Below, in pieces: positions 11,850 to 25,688 of a stretch of 64,000 bases of DNA. The stretch lies in assembly GCA_964016885.1 (NCBI GenBank), contig OZ024756.1, forward strand, positions 8,742,001 through 8,806,000, given 5' to 3'. Numbering within the stretch: the stretch's first letter is position 1; every line of letters begins with the position of its first letter. The notes beneath the pieces were generated by a model that was given only the letters and a program-made list of their open reading frames with translations, was not told the origin of the DNA and did no database searches. The translations under genes and the position numbers were made by a program. The stretch is from Eledone cirrhosa. Taxonomy: Eukaryota.

Positions 11850-14800
11850 TCCTATATTACAGTGTCTCAACTGTCTTCTATACTATAGTGTCTCAACTGT
11901 CTTATATATTACAGTGTCTCAACTGTCTTATATATTACAGTGGCTCAACTGTCTTCTATATTACAGTGTCTCAACTGTCTTCTATATATACAGTGTCTGA
12001 ACTGTCTTTTATATTACAGTGACTCAACTGTCTTCTATATTACAGTGTCTCAACTGTCTTCTATATTACAGTAGATCAACTGTCTTCTATATTACAGTGT
12101 CTCAACTGTCTTTTATATTACAGTGTTTCAACTGTCTTCTATATTACAGTGGCTCAACTGTCTTATATATTACAGTGGCTCAACTGTCTTCTATATTACA
12201 GTGTCTTAACTGTCTTCTATATATACAGTGTCTCAACTGTCTTATATATTACAGTGGCTCAACTGTCTTTTATATTACAGTGTCTCAACTGTCTTCTATA
12301 TTACAGTGGCTCAACTGTCTTCTATATTACAGTGTCTCAACTGTCTTCTATATTATAGTAGTTCAACTGTCTTCTATATTACCGTGTCTGAACTGTCTTC
12401 TATATTACAGTGTCTCAACCGTCTTCTATATTACAGTGTCTCAACTGTCTTCTATATTACAGTGTCTCAACAGTCTTCTATATTACAGTGACTCAACAAC
12501 CTTCTATATTACAGTGTCTCAACTGTCTTCTATACTACAGTGTCTCAACTGTCTTCTATATTACAGTGTCTCAACTGTCTTCTATACTACAGTGTCTCAA
12601 CTGTCTTCTATATTACAGTGTCACAACTGTCTCCTATATTACAGTGTCTCAACTGTCTCCTATATTACAGTGTCTCAACTGTCTCCTATATTACAGTGTC
12701 TCAACTGTCTTCTATATTACAGTGTCTCAACTGTCTTCTATATTACAGTGTCTAAACTGTCTTCTATATTACAGTGTCTCAACTGTCTTCTATATTACAG
12801 TGGCTGCACTGTCTTCTATATTACAGTGTCTGAACTGTCTTCTATATTACAGTAGCTCAACTGTCTTCTACATTACAGTAGTTCAACTGTCTTCTATATT
12901 ACAGTGTCTCAACTGTCTTCTATACTACAGTGTCTGAACTGTCTTCTATATTACAGTAGCTCAACTGTCTTCTATATTACAGTAGTTCAACTGTCTTCTA
13001 TATTACAGTAGCTCAACTGTCTTCTATATTACAGTGTCTCAACTGTCTTCTATACTACAGTGTCTCAACTGTCTTCTATATTACAGTGTCTCAACTGTCT
13101 TCTACATTACAGTGTCTCAACTGTCTTCTATACTACAGTGTCTCAACTGTCTTCTCTATTACAGTGTCTTAACTGTTTTCTATATTACTGTGGTTGCACT
13201 GTCTCCTCTATTACAGTGTCTCAACTGTCTTCTATATTACAGTGTCTCAACTGTCTTCTATATTACAGTGTCTGAACTGTCTTCTATACTACAGTGTCTC
13301 AACTGTCTTCTATATTACAGTGTCTGAACTGTCTTCTATACTACAGTGTCTCAGCTGTCTTCTATATTACAGTAGCTCAACTGTCTTCTATTATTACAGT
13401 AGCTCCACTGTCTCGTATATTACAGTAGCTCAACTGTCTTCTATATTACAGCGTCTCAACTGTGTCTTCTATATTACAGTGTCTCAACTGTCTTCTATAT
13501 TACAGTGTCTCAACTGTCTTCTATATTACAGTGTCTCAACTGTCTTCTATATTACAGTGTCTCAACTGTCTTCTATATTACAGTGGCTCAACTGTCTTCT
13601 ATATTACTGTGTCTCAACTGTCTTCTATATTACAGTGTCTCAACTGTCATCTATATTACAGTGTCTCAACTGTCTTCTATATTACAGTGTCTCAACTGTC
13701 TTCTATATTACAGTGTCTCAACTGTCTTCTATATTACAGTGTCTCAACTGTCTCCTATATTACTGTGGTTGCACTGTCTCCTATATTACAGTGTCTCAAC
13801 TGTCTTCTATACTACAGTGTCTCAACTGTCTTCTCTATTACAGTGTCTCAACTGTCTTATATATTACTGTGGTTGCACTGTCTCCTCTATTACAGTGTCT
13901 CAACTGTCTTCTATATTACAGTGTCTGAACTGTCTTCTATACTACAGTGTCTCAACTGTCTTCTATATTACAGTGTCTGAACTGTCTTCTATACTACAGT
14001 GTCTCAGCTGTCTTCTATATTACAGTAGCTCAACTGTCTTCTATTATTACAGTAGCTCCACTGTCTCATATATTACAGTAGCTCAACTGTCTTCTATATT
14101 ATAGTGTCTCAACCGTCTTCTATACAACAGTGTCTCAACTGTCTTCTATATTACAGTGTCTCAACTGTCTTCTATATTACAGTGTCTCAACTGTCTTCTA
14201 TATTACAGTAGTTCAACTGTCTTCTATATTACAGTGTCTCAACTGTCTTCTATATTACAGTGTCTCAACTGTCTTCTATATTATAGTAGTTCAACTGTCT
14301 TCTATATTACAGTGTCTCAACTGTCTTCTATACAACAGTGTCTCAACTGTCTTCTATATTACAGTGTCTCATCTGTCTTCTATATTACAGTGTCTCAACT
14401 GTTTTCTATATTACAGTAGTTCAACTGTCTTCTATATTACAGTGTCTCAACTGTCTTCTATATTACAGTGTCTCAACTGTCTTCTATATTACAGTGTCTC
14501 AACTGTCTCCTATATTACAGTGTCTCAACTGTCTTCTATACTATAGTGTCTCAACTGTCTTATATATTACAGTGGCTCAACTGTCTTCTATATTACAGTG
14601 TCTAAACTGTCTTCTATATACACAGTGTCTCAACTGTCTTCTATATTACAGTGGCTCAACTGTCTTCTATATTACAGTGTCTCAACTGTCTTCTATATAT
14701 ACAGTGTCTGAACTGTCTTTTATATTACAGTGACTCAACTGTCTTCTATATTACAGTGTCTCAACTGTCTTCTATATTACAGTAGATCAACTGTCTTCTA

Positions 14801-16680
14801 TATTACAGTGTCTCAACTGTCTTTTATATTACAGTGTTTCAACTGTCTTCTATATTACAGTGGCTCAACTGTCTTATATATTACAGTGGCTCAACTGTCT
14901 TCTATATTACAGTGTCTTAACTGTCTTCTATATATACAGTGTCTCAACTGTCTTATATATTACAGTGGCTCAACTGTCTTTTATATTACAGTGTCTCAAC
15001 TGTCTTCTATATTACAGTGGCTCAACTGTCTTCTATATTACAGTGTCTCAACTGTCTTCTATATTATAGTAGTTCAACTGTCTTCTATATTACCGTGTCT
15101 GAACTGTCTTCTATATTACAGTGTCTCAACCGTCTTCTATATTACAGTGTCTCAACTGTCTTCTATATTACAGTGTCTCAACAGTCTTCTATATTACAGT
15201 GACTCAACAACCTTCTATATTACAGTGTCTCAACTGTCTTCTATACTACAGTGTCTCAACTGTCTTCTATATTACAGTGTCTCAACTGTCTTCTATACTA
15301 CAGTGTCTCAACTGTCTCCTATATTACAGTGTCTCAACTGTCTTCTATATTACAGTGTCTCAACTGTCTTCTATATTACAGTGTCTAAACTGTCTTCTAT
15401 ATTACAGTGTCTCAACTGTCTTCTATATTACAGTGGCTGCACTGTCTTCTATATTACAGTGTCTGAACTGTCTTCTATATTACAGTAGCTCAACTGTCTT
15501 CTACATTACAGTAGTTCAACTGTCTTCTATATTACAGTGTCTCAACTGTCTTCTATACTACAGTGTCTGAACTGTCTTCTATATTACAGTAGCTCAACTG
15601 TCTTCTATATTACAGTAGTTCAACTGTCTTCTATATTACAGTAGCTCAACTGTCTTCTATATTACAGTGTATCAACTGTCTTCTATACTACAGTGTCTCA
15701 ACTGTCTTCTATATTACAGTGTCTCAACTGTCTTCTACATTACAGTGTCTCAACTGTCTTCTATACTACAGTGTCTCAACTGTCTTCTCTATTACAGTGT
15801 CTCAACTGTTTTCTATATTACTGTGGTTGCACTGTCTCCTCTATTACAGTGTCTCAACTGTCTTCTATATTACAGTGTCTCAACTGTCTTCTATATTACA
15901 GTGTCTGAACTGTCTTCTATACTACAGTGTCTCAACTGTCTTCTATATTACAGTGTCTGAACTGTCTTCTATACTACAGTGTCTCAGCTGTCTTCTATAT
16001 TACAGTAGCTCAACTGTCTTCTATTATTACAGTAGCTCCACTGTCTCGTATATTACAGTAGCTCAACTGTCTTCTATATTACAGCGTCTCAACTGTGTCT
16101 TCTATATTACAGTGTCTCAACTGTCTTCTATATTACAGTGTCTCAACTGTCTTCTATATTACAGTGTCTCAACTGTCTTCTATATTACAGTGTCTCAACT
16201 GTCTTCTATATTACAGTGGCTCAACTGTCTTCTATATTACTGTGTCTCAACTGTCTTCTATATTACAGTGTCTCAACTGTCATCTATATTACAGTGTCTC
16301 AACTGTCTTCTATATTACAGTGTCTCAACTGTCTTCTATATTACAGTGTCTCAACTGTCTTCTATATTACAGTGTCTCAACTGTCTCCTATATTACTGTG
16401 GTTGCACTGTCTCCTATATTACAGTGTCTCAACTGTCTTCTATACTACAGTGTCTCAACTGTCTTCTCTATTACAGTGTCTCAACTGTCTTATATATTAC
16501 TGTGGTTGCACTGTCTCCTCTATTACAGTGTCTCAACTGTCTTCTATATTACAGTGTCTGAACTGTCTTCTATACTACAGTGTCTCAACTGTCTTCTATA
16601 TTACAGTGTCTGAACTGTCTTCTATACTACAGTGTCTCAGCTGTCTTCTATATTACAGTAGCTCAACTGTCTTCTATATT
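11850..16680. repeat. Tandem duplication of a ~2.6-2.7 kb higher-order block (offsets 2711 then 2633 bp)
   Basis: The rare variant TACCGTGTCTGAAC lies at ~12380 and ~15091. ORF pairs 12019/14730 and 12228/14939 are offset 2711. Pairs 13034/15667 and 13462/16095 are offset 2633. Confidence 0.85.
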
Positions 16681-17740
16681 ACAGTGTCTCAACTGTCTTC
16701 TATACAACAGTGTCTCAACTGTCTTCTATATTACAGTGTCTCAACTGTCTTCTATATTACAGTGTCTCAACTGTCTTCTATATTACAGTAGTTCAACTGT
16801 CTTCTATATTACAGTGTCTCAACTGTCTTCTATATTACAGTGTCTCAACTGTCTTCTACATTACAGTGTCTCAACTGTCTTCTATACTACAGTGTCTCAA
16901 CTGTCTTCTCTATTACAGTGTCTCAACTGTTTTCTATATTACTGTGGTTGCACTGTCTCCTCTATTACAGTGTCTCAACTGTCTTCTATATTACAGTGTC
17001 TCAACTGTCTTCTATATTACAGTGTCTGAACTGTCTTCTATACTACAGTGTCTCAACTGTCTTCTATATTACAGTGTCTGAACTGTCTTCTATACTACAG
17101 TGTCTCAGCTGTCTTCTATATTACAGTAGCTCAACTGTCTTCTATTATTACAGTAGCTCCACTGTCTCGTATATTACAGTAGCTCAACTGTCTTCTATAT
17201 TACAGCGTCTCAACTGTGTCTTCTATATTACAGTGTCTCAACTGTCTTCTATATTACAGTGTCTCAACTGTCTTCTATATTACAGTGTCTCAACTGTCTT
17301 CTATATTACAGTGTCTCAACTGTCTTCTATATTACAGTGGCTCAACTGTCATCTATATTACAGTGTCTCAACTGTCTTCTATATTACAGTGTCTCAACTG
17401 TCTTCTATATTACAGTGTCTCAACTGTCTTCTATATTACAGTGTCTCAACTGTCTCCTATATTACTGTGGTTGCACTGTCTCCTATATTACAGTGTCTCA
17501 ACTGTCTTCTATACTACAGTGTCTCAACTGTCTTCTCTATTACAGTGTCTCAACTGTCTTATATATTACTGTGGTTGCACTGTCTCCTCTATTACAGTGT
17601 CTCAACTGTCTTCTATATTACAGTGTCTGAACTGTCTTCTATACTACAGTGTCTCAACTGTCTTCTATATTACAGTGTCTGAACTGTCTTCTATACTACA
17701 GTGTCTCAGCTGTCTTCTATATTACAGTAGCTCAACTGTC
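15700..17740. repeat. Tandem duplication of a ~1.1 kb block (offset 1121, then 1069 bp)
   Basis: ORF pairs 15719/16840, 16095/17216 and 16138/17259 are offset 1121. Both copies carry the 28-bp AACTGTGTCTTC monomer. Confidence 0.8.
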
Positions 17741-17994
17741 TTCTATTATTACAGTAGCTCCACTGTCTCATATATTACAGTAGCTCAACTGTCTTCTATA
17801 TTATAGTGTCTCAACTGTCTTCTATACAACAGTGTCTCAACTGTCTTCTATATTACAGTGTCTCAACTGTCTTCTATATTACAGTGTCTCAACTGTCTTC
17901 TATATTACAGTAGTTCAACTGTCTTCTATATTACAGTGTCTCAACTGTCTTCTATATTACAGTGTCTCAACTGTCTTCTATATTATAGTAGTTC

Positions 17995-20900
17995 AACTGT
18001 CTTCTATATTACAGTGTCTCAACTGTCTTCTATACAACAGTGTCTCAACTGTCTTCTATATTACAGTGTCTCATCTGTCTTCTATATTACAGTGTCTCAA
18101 CTGTTTTCTATATTACAGTAGTTCAACTGTCTTCTATATTACAGTGTCTCAACTGTCTTCTATATTACAGTGTCTCAACTGTCTTCTATATTACAGTGTC
18201 TCAACTGTCTCCTATATTACAGTGTCTCAACTGTCTTCTATACTATAGTGTCTCAACTGTCTTATATATTACAGTGGCTCAACTGTCTTCTATATTACAG
18301 TGTCTAAACTGTCTTCTATATACACAGTGTCTCAACTGTCTTCTATATTACAGTGGCTCAACTGTCTTCTATATTACAGTGTCTCAACTGTCTTATATAT
18401 TACAGTGGCTCAACTGTCTTCTATATTACAGTGTCTCAACTGTCTTCTATATATACAGTGTCTGAACTGTCTTTTATATTACAGTGACTCAACTGTCTTC
18501 TATATTACAGTGTCTCAACTGTCTTCTATATTACAGTAGATCAACTGTCTTCTATATTACAGTGTCTCAACTGTCTTTTATATTACAGTGTTTCAACTGT
18601 CTTCTATATTACAGTGGCTCAACTGTCTTATATATTACAGTGGCTCAACTGTCTTCTATATTACAGTGTCTTAACTGTCTTCTATATATACAGTGTCTCA
18701 ACTGTCTTATATATTACAGTGGCTCAACTGTCTTTTATATTACAGTGTCTCAACTGTCTTCTATATTACAGTGGCTCAACTGTCTTCTATATTACAGTGT
18801 CTCAACTGTCTTCTATATTATAGTAGTTCAACTGTCTTCTATATTACCGTGTCTGAACTGTCTTCTATATTACAGTGTCTCAACCGTCTTCTATATTACA
18901 GTGTCTCAACTGTCTTCTATATTACAGTGTCTCAACAGTCTTCTATATTACAGTGACTCAACAACCTTCTATATTACAGTGTCTCAACTGTCTTCTATAC
19001 TACAGTGTCTCAACTGTCTTCTATATTACAGTGTCTCAACTGTCTTCTATACTACAGTGTCTCAACTGTCTTCTATATTACAGTGTCACAACTGTCTCCT
19101 ATATTACAGTGTCTCAACTGTCTCCTATATTACAGTGTCTCAACTGTCTCCTATATTACAGTGTCTCAACTGTCTTCTATATTACAGTGTCTCAACTGTC
19201 TTCTATATTACAGTGTCTAAACTGTCTTCTATATTACAGTGTCTCAACTGTCTTCTATATTACAGTGGCTGCACTGTCTTCTATATTACAGTGTCTGAAC
19301 TGTCTTCTATATTACAGTAGCTCAACTGTCTTCTACATTACAGTAGTTCAACTGTCTTCTATATTACAGTGTCTCAACTGTCTTCTATACTACAGTGTCT
19401 GAACTGTCTTCTATATTACAGTAGCTCAACTGTCTTCTATATTACAGTAGTTCAACTGTCTTCTATATTACAGTAGCTCAACTGTCTTCTATATTACAGT
19501 GTCTCAACTGTCTTCTATACTACAGTGTCTCAACTGTCTTCTATATTACAGTGTCTCAACTGTCTTCTATATTACAGTGTCTGAACTGTCTTCTATACTA
19601 CAGTGTCTCAACTGTCTTCTATATTACAGTGTCTGAACTGTCTTCTATACTACAGTGTCTCAGCTGTCTTCTATATTACAGTAGCTCAACTGTCTTCTAT
19701 TATTACAGTAGCTCCACTGTCTCGTATATTACAGTAGCTCAACTGTCTTCTATATTACAGCGTCTCAACTGTGTCTTCTATATTACAGTGTCTCAACTGT
19801 CTTCTATATTACAGTGTCTCAACTGTCTTCTATATTACAGTGTCTCAACTGTCTTCTATATTACAGTGTCTCAACTGTCTTCTATATTACAGTGGCTCAA
19901 CTGTCTTCTATATTACTGTGTCTCAACTGTCTTCTATATTACAGTGTCTCAACTGTCATCTATATTACAGTGTCTCAACTGTCTTCTATATTACAGTGTC
20001 TCAACTGTCTTCTATATTACAGTGTCTCAACTGTCTTCTATATTACAGTGTCTCAACTGTCTCCTATATTACTGTGGTTGCACTGTCTCCTATATTACAG
20101 TGTCTCAACTGTCTTCTATACTACAGTGTCTCAACTGTCTTCTCTATTACAGTGTCTCAACTGTCTTATATATTACTGTGGTTGCACTGTCTCCTCTATT
20201 ACAGTGTCTCAACTGTCTTCTATATTACAGTGTCTGAACTGTCTTCTATACTACAGTGTCTTAACTGTCTTCTATATTACAGTGTCTGAACTGTCTTCTA
20301 TACTACAGTGTCTCAGCTGTCTTCTATATTACAGTAGCTCAACTGTCTTCTATATTACAGTGTCTCAACTGTCTTCTATACAACAGTGTCTCAACTGTCT
20401 TCTATATTACAGTGTCTCAACTGTCTTCTATATTACAGTGTCTCAACTGTCTTCTATATTACAGTAGTTCAACTGTCTTCTATATTACAGTGTCTCAACT
20501 GTCTTCTATATTACAGTGTCTCAACTGTCTTCTATATTATAGTAGTTCAACTGTCTTCTATATTACAGTGTCTCAACTGTCTTCTATACAACAGTGTCTC
20601 AACTGTCTTCTATATTACAGTGTCTCATCTGTCTTCTATATTACAGTGTCTCAACTGTTTTCTATATTACAGTAGTTCAACTGTCTTCTATATTACAGTG
20701 TCTCAACTGTCTTCTATATTACAGTGTCTCAACTGTCTTCTATATTACAGTGTCTCAAGTGTCTTCTATATTACAGTGTCTCAACTGTATTCTATATTAC
20801 AGTGTCTCAACTGTCTTCTATATCACAGTAGCTCAACTGTCTTCTATATTCCAGTAGCTCAACTGTCTTCTATATTACAGTGTATCAACTGTCTTCTATA

Positions 20901-23900
20901 TTACAGTAGCTCAACTGTCTTCTATATTACAGTGTCTCAACTGTCTTCTATATTACAGTAGCTCAACTGTCTTCTATATTACAGTGTCTCAACTGTCTTA
21001 TATTTCACAGTGGCTCAACTGTGTTCTATATTACAGTTTCTCAACTGTCTTCTATATGACAGTGTCTCAACAGCCTTCTATATTACAGTGTCTCAACTGT
21101 CTTCTATATGACAGTGTCTCAACAGCCTTCTATATTACAGTGTCTCAACTGTCTTCTATATTCCAGTGGCTCAACTGTCTTCTATATTACAGTGTCTCAA
21201 CTGTCTTCTATATTACAGTGGCTGCACTGTCTTCTATATTACAGTGTCTCAACTGTCTTCTATATTACAGTGAGTCAACTGTCTTCTATATTACAGTGTC
21301 TCAACTGTCTTCTATATTACAGTGTCTCAACTGTCATATACATTACAGTGGCTCAACTGTCTTCTATATATACAGTGTCTCAACTGTCTTATATATTACA
21401 GTGGCTCAACTGTCTTCTATATTACAGTGTCTCAACTGTCTTCCATACTACAGTGTCTCAACTGTCTTCTATACTACAGTGTCTCAACTGTCTTCTATAT
21501 TACAGTGTCTCAACTGTCTTCTATATCACAGTAGCTCAACTGTCTTCTATATTACAGTGTCTCAACTGTCTTCTATATTACAGTGTCTCAACTGTCTTCT
21601 ATATTACAGTGTCTCAACTGTCTTCTATATTACAGTGTCTCAACTGTCATATACATTACAGTGGCTCAACTGTCTTCTATATATACAGTGTCTCAACTGT
21701 CTTATATATTACAGTGGCTCAACTGTCTTCTATATAGACAGTGTCTCAACTGTCTTCTATTTACAGTGTCTCAACTGTCTTCTATATTACAGTGTCTCAA
21801 CTGTCTTCTATATTACAGTGTCTCAACTGTCTTCTATATTACAGTGTCTCAACTGTCTTCTATACAACAGTGTCTCAACTGTCTTCTATATTACAGTGTC
21901 TCATCTGTCTTCTATATTACAGTGTCTCAACTGTTTTCTATATTACAGTAGTTCAACTGTCTTCTATATTACAGTGTCTCAACTGTCTTCTATATTACAG
22001 TGTCTCAACTGTCTTCTATATTACAGTGTCTCAACTGTCTCCTATATTACAGTGTCTCAACTGTCTTCTATACTATAGTGTCTCAACTGTCTTATATATT
22101 ACAGTGGCTCAACTGTCTTCTATATTACAGTGTCTAAACTGTCTTCTATATACACAGTGTCTCAACTGTCTTCTATATTACAGTGGCTCAACTGTCTTCT
22201 ATATTACAGTGTCTCAACTGTCTTATATATTACAGTGGCTCAACTGTCTTCTATATTACAGTGTCTCAACTGTCTTCTATATATACAGTGTCTGAACTGT
22301 CTTTTATATTACAGTGACTCAACTGTCTTCTATATTACAGTGTCTCAACTGTCTTCTATATTACAGTAGATCAACTGTCTTCTATATTACAGTGTCTCAA
22401 CTGTCTTTTATATTACAGTGTTTCAACTGTCTTCTATATTACAGTGGCTCAACTGTCTTATATATTACAGTGGCTCAACTGTCTTCTATATTACAGTGTC
22501 TTAACTGTCTTCTATATATACAGTGTCTCAACTGTCTTATATATTACAGTGGCTCAACTGTCTTTTATATTACAGTGTCTCAACTGTCTTCTATATTACA
22601 GTGGCTCAACTGTCTTCTATATTACAGTGTCTCAACTGTCTTCTATATTATAGTAGTTCAACTGTCTTCTATATTACCGTGTCTGAACTGTCTTCTATAT
22701 TACAGTGTCTCAACCGTCTTCTATATTACAGTGTCTCAACTGTCTTCTATATTACAGTGTCTCAACAGTCTTCTATATTACAGTGACTCAACAACCTTCT
22801 ATATTACAGTGTCTCAACTGTCTTCTATACTACAGTGTCTCAACTGTCTTCTATATTACAGTGTCTCAACTGTCTTCTATACTACAGTGTCTCAACTGTC
22901 TTCTATATTACAGTGTCACAACTGTCTCCTATATTACAGTGTCTCAACTGTCTCCTATATTACAGTGTCTCAACTGTCTCCTATATTACAGTGTCTCAAC
23001 TGTCTTCTATATTACAGTGTCTCAACTGTCTTCTATATTACAGTGTCTAAACTGTCTTCTATATTACAGTGTCTCAACTGTCTTCTATATTACAGTGGCT
23101 GCACTGTCTTCTATATTACAGTGTCTGAACTGTCTTCTATATTACAGTAGCTCAACTGTCTTCTACATTACAGTAGTTCAACTGTCTTCTATATTACAGT
23201 GTCTCAACTGTCTTCTATACTACAGTGTCTGAACTGTCTTCTATATTACAGTAGCTCAACTGTCTTCTATATTACAGTAGTTCAACTGTCTTCTATATTA
23301 CAGTAGCTCAACTGTCTTCTATATTACAGTGTCTCAACTGTCTTCTATACTACAGTGTCTCAACTGTCTTCTATATTACAGTGTCTCAACTGTCTTCTAT
23401 ATTACAGTGTCTGAACTGTCTTCTATACTACAGTGTCTCAACTGTCTTCTATATTACAGTGTCTGAACTGTCTTCTATACTACAGTGTCTCAGCTGTCTT
23501 CTATATTACAGTAGCTCAACTGTCTTCTATTATTACAGTAGCTCCACTGTCTCGTATATTACAGTAGCTCAACTGTCTTCTATATTACAGCGTCTCAACT
23601 GTGTCTTCTATATTACAGTGTCTCAACTGTCTTCTATATTACAGTGTCTCAACTGTCTTCTATATTACAGTGTCTCAACTGTCTTCTATATTACAGTGTC
23701 TCAACTGTCTTCTATATTACAGTGGCTCAACTGTCTTCTATATTACTGTGTCTCAACTGTCTTCTATATTACAGTGTCTCAACTGTCATCTATATTACAG
23801 TGTCTCAACTGTCTTCTATATTACAGTGTCTCAACTGTCTTCTATATTACAGTGTCTCAACTGTCTTCTATATTACAGTGTCTCAACTGTCTCCTATATT

Positions 23901-25688
23901 ACTGTGGTTGCACTGTCTCCTATATTACAGTGTCTCAACTGTCTTCTATACTACAGTGTCTCAACTGTCTTCTCTATTACAGTGTCTCAACTGTCTTATA
24001 TATTACTGTGGTTGCACTGTCTCCTCTATTACAGTGTCTCAACTGTCTTCTATATTACAGTGTCTGAACTGTCTTCTATACTACAGTGTCTTAACTGTCT
24101 TCTATATTACAGTGTCTGAACTGTCTTCTATACTACAGTGTCTCAGCTGTCTTCTATATTACAGTAGCTCAACTGTCTTCTATATTACAGTGTCTCAACT
24201 GTCTTCTATACAACAGTGTCTCAACTGTCTTCTATATTACAGTGTCTCAACTGTCTTCTATATTACAGTGTCTCAACTGTCTTCTATATTACAGTAGTTC
24301 AACTGTCTTCTATATTACAGTGTCTCAACTGTCTTCTATATTACAGTGTCTCAACTGTCTTCTATATTATAGTAGTTCAACTGTCTTCTATATTACAGTG
24401 TCTCAACTGTCTTCTATACAACAGTGTCTCAACTGTCTTCTATATTACAGTGTCTCATCTGTCTTCTATATTACAGTGTCTCAACTGTTTTCTATATTAC
24501 AGTAGTTCAACTGTCTTCTATATTACAGTGTCTCAACTGTCTTCTATATTACAGTGTCTCAACTGTCTTCTATATTACAGTGTCTCAAGTGTCTTCTATA
24601 TTACAGTGTCTCAACTGTATTCTATATTACAGTGTCTCAACTGTCTTCTATATCACAGTAGCTCAACTGTCTTCTATATTCCAGTAGCTCAACTGTCTTC
24701 TATATTACAGTGTATCAACTGTCTTCTATATTACAGTAGCTCAACTGTCTTCTATATTACAGTGTCTCAACTGTCTTCTATATTACAGTAGCTCAACTGT
24801 CTTCTATATTACAGTGTCTCAACTGTCTTATATTTCACAGTGGCTCAACTGTGTTCTATATTACAGTTTCTCAACTGTCTTCTATATGACAGTGTCTCAA
24901 CAGCCTTCTATATTACAGTGTCTCAACTGTCTTCTATATGACAGTGTCTCAACAGCCTTCTATATTACAGTGTCTCAACTGTCTTCTATATTCCAGTGGC
25001 TCAACTGTCTTCTATATTACAGTGTCTCAACTGTCTTCTATATTACAGTGGCTGCACTGTCTTCTATATTACAGTGTCTCAACTGTCTTCTATATTACAG
25101 TGAGTCAACTGTCTTCTATATTACAGTGTCTCAACTGTCTTCTATATTACAGTGTCTCAACTGTCATATACATTACAGTGGCTCAACTGTCTTCTATATA
25201 TACAGTGTCTCAACTGTCTTATATATTACAGTGGCTCAACTGTCTTCTATATTACAGTGTCTCAACTGTCTTCCATACTACAGTGTCTCAACTGTCTTCT
25301 ATACTACAGTGTCTCAACTGTCTTCTATATTACAGTGTCTCAACTGTCTTCTATATCACAGTAGCTCAACTGTCTTCTATATTACAGTGTCTCAACTGTC
25401 TTCTATATTACAGTGTCTCAACTGTCTTCTATATTACAGTGTCTCAACTGTCTTCTATATTACAGTGTCTCAACTGTCATATACATTACAGTGGCTCAAC
25501 TGTCTTCTATATATACAGTGTCTCAACTGTCTTATATATTACAGTGGCTCAACTGTCTTCTATATAGACAGTGTCTCAACTGTCTTCTATTTACAGTGTC
25601 TCAACTGTCTTCTATATTACAGTGTCTCAACTGTCTTCTATATTACAGTGTCTCAACTGTCTTCTATATTACAGTGTCTCAACTGTCT
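17995..25688. repeat. Near-perfect tandem duplication, period 3830 bp
   Basis: ORF pairs with identical translation (18484/22314, 19551/23381, 19814/23644, 20386/24216, 21108/24938) are all offset 3830. A private 1-bp-deletion monomer (TCTATTTACAG) is shared at ~21756 and ~25586. Confidence 0.92.
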
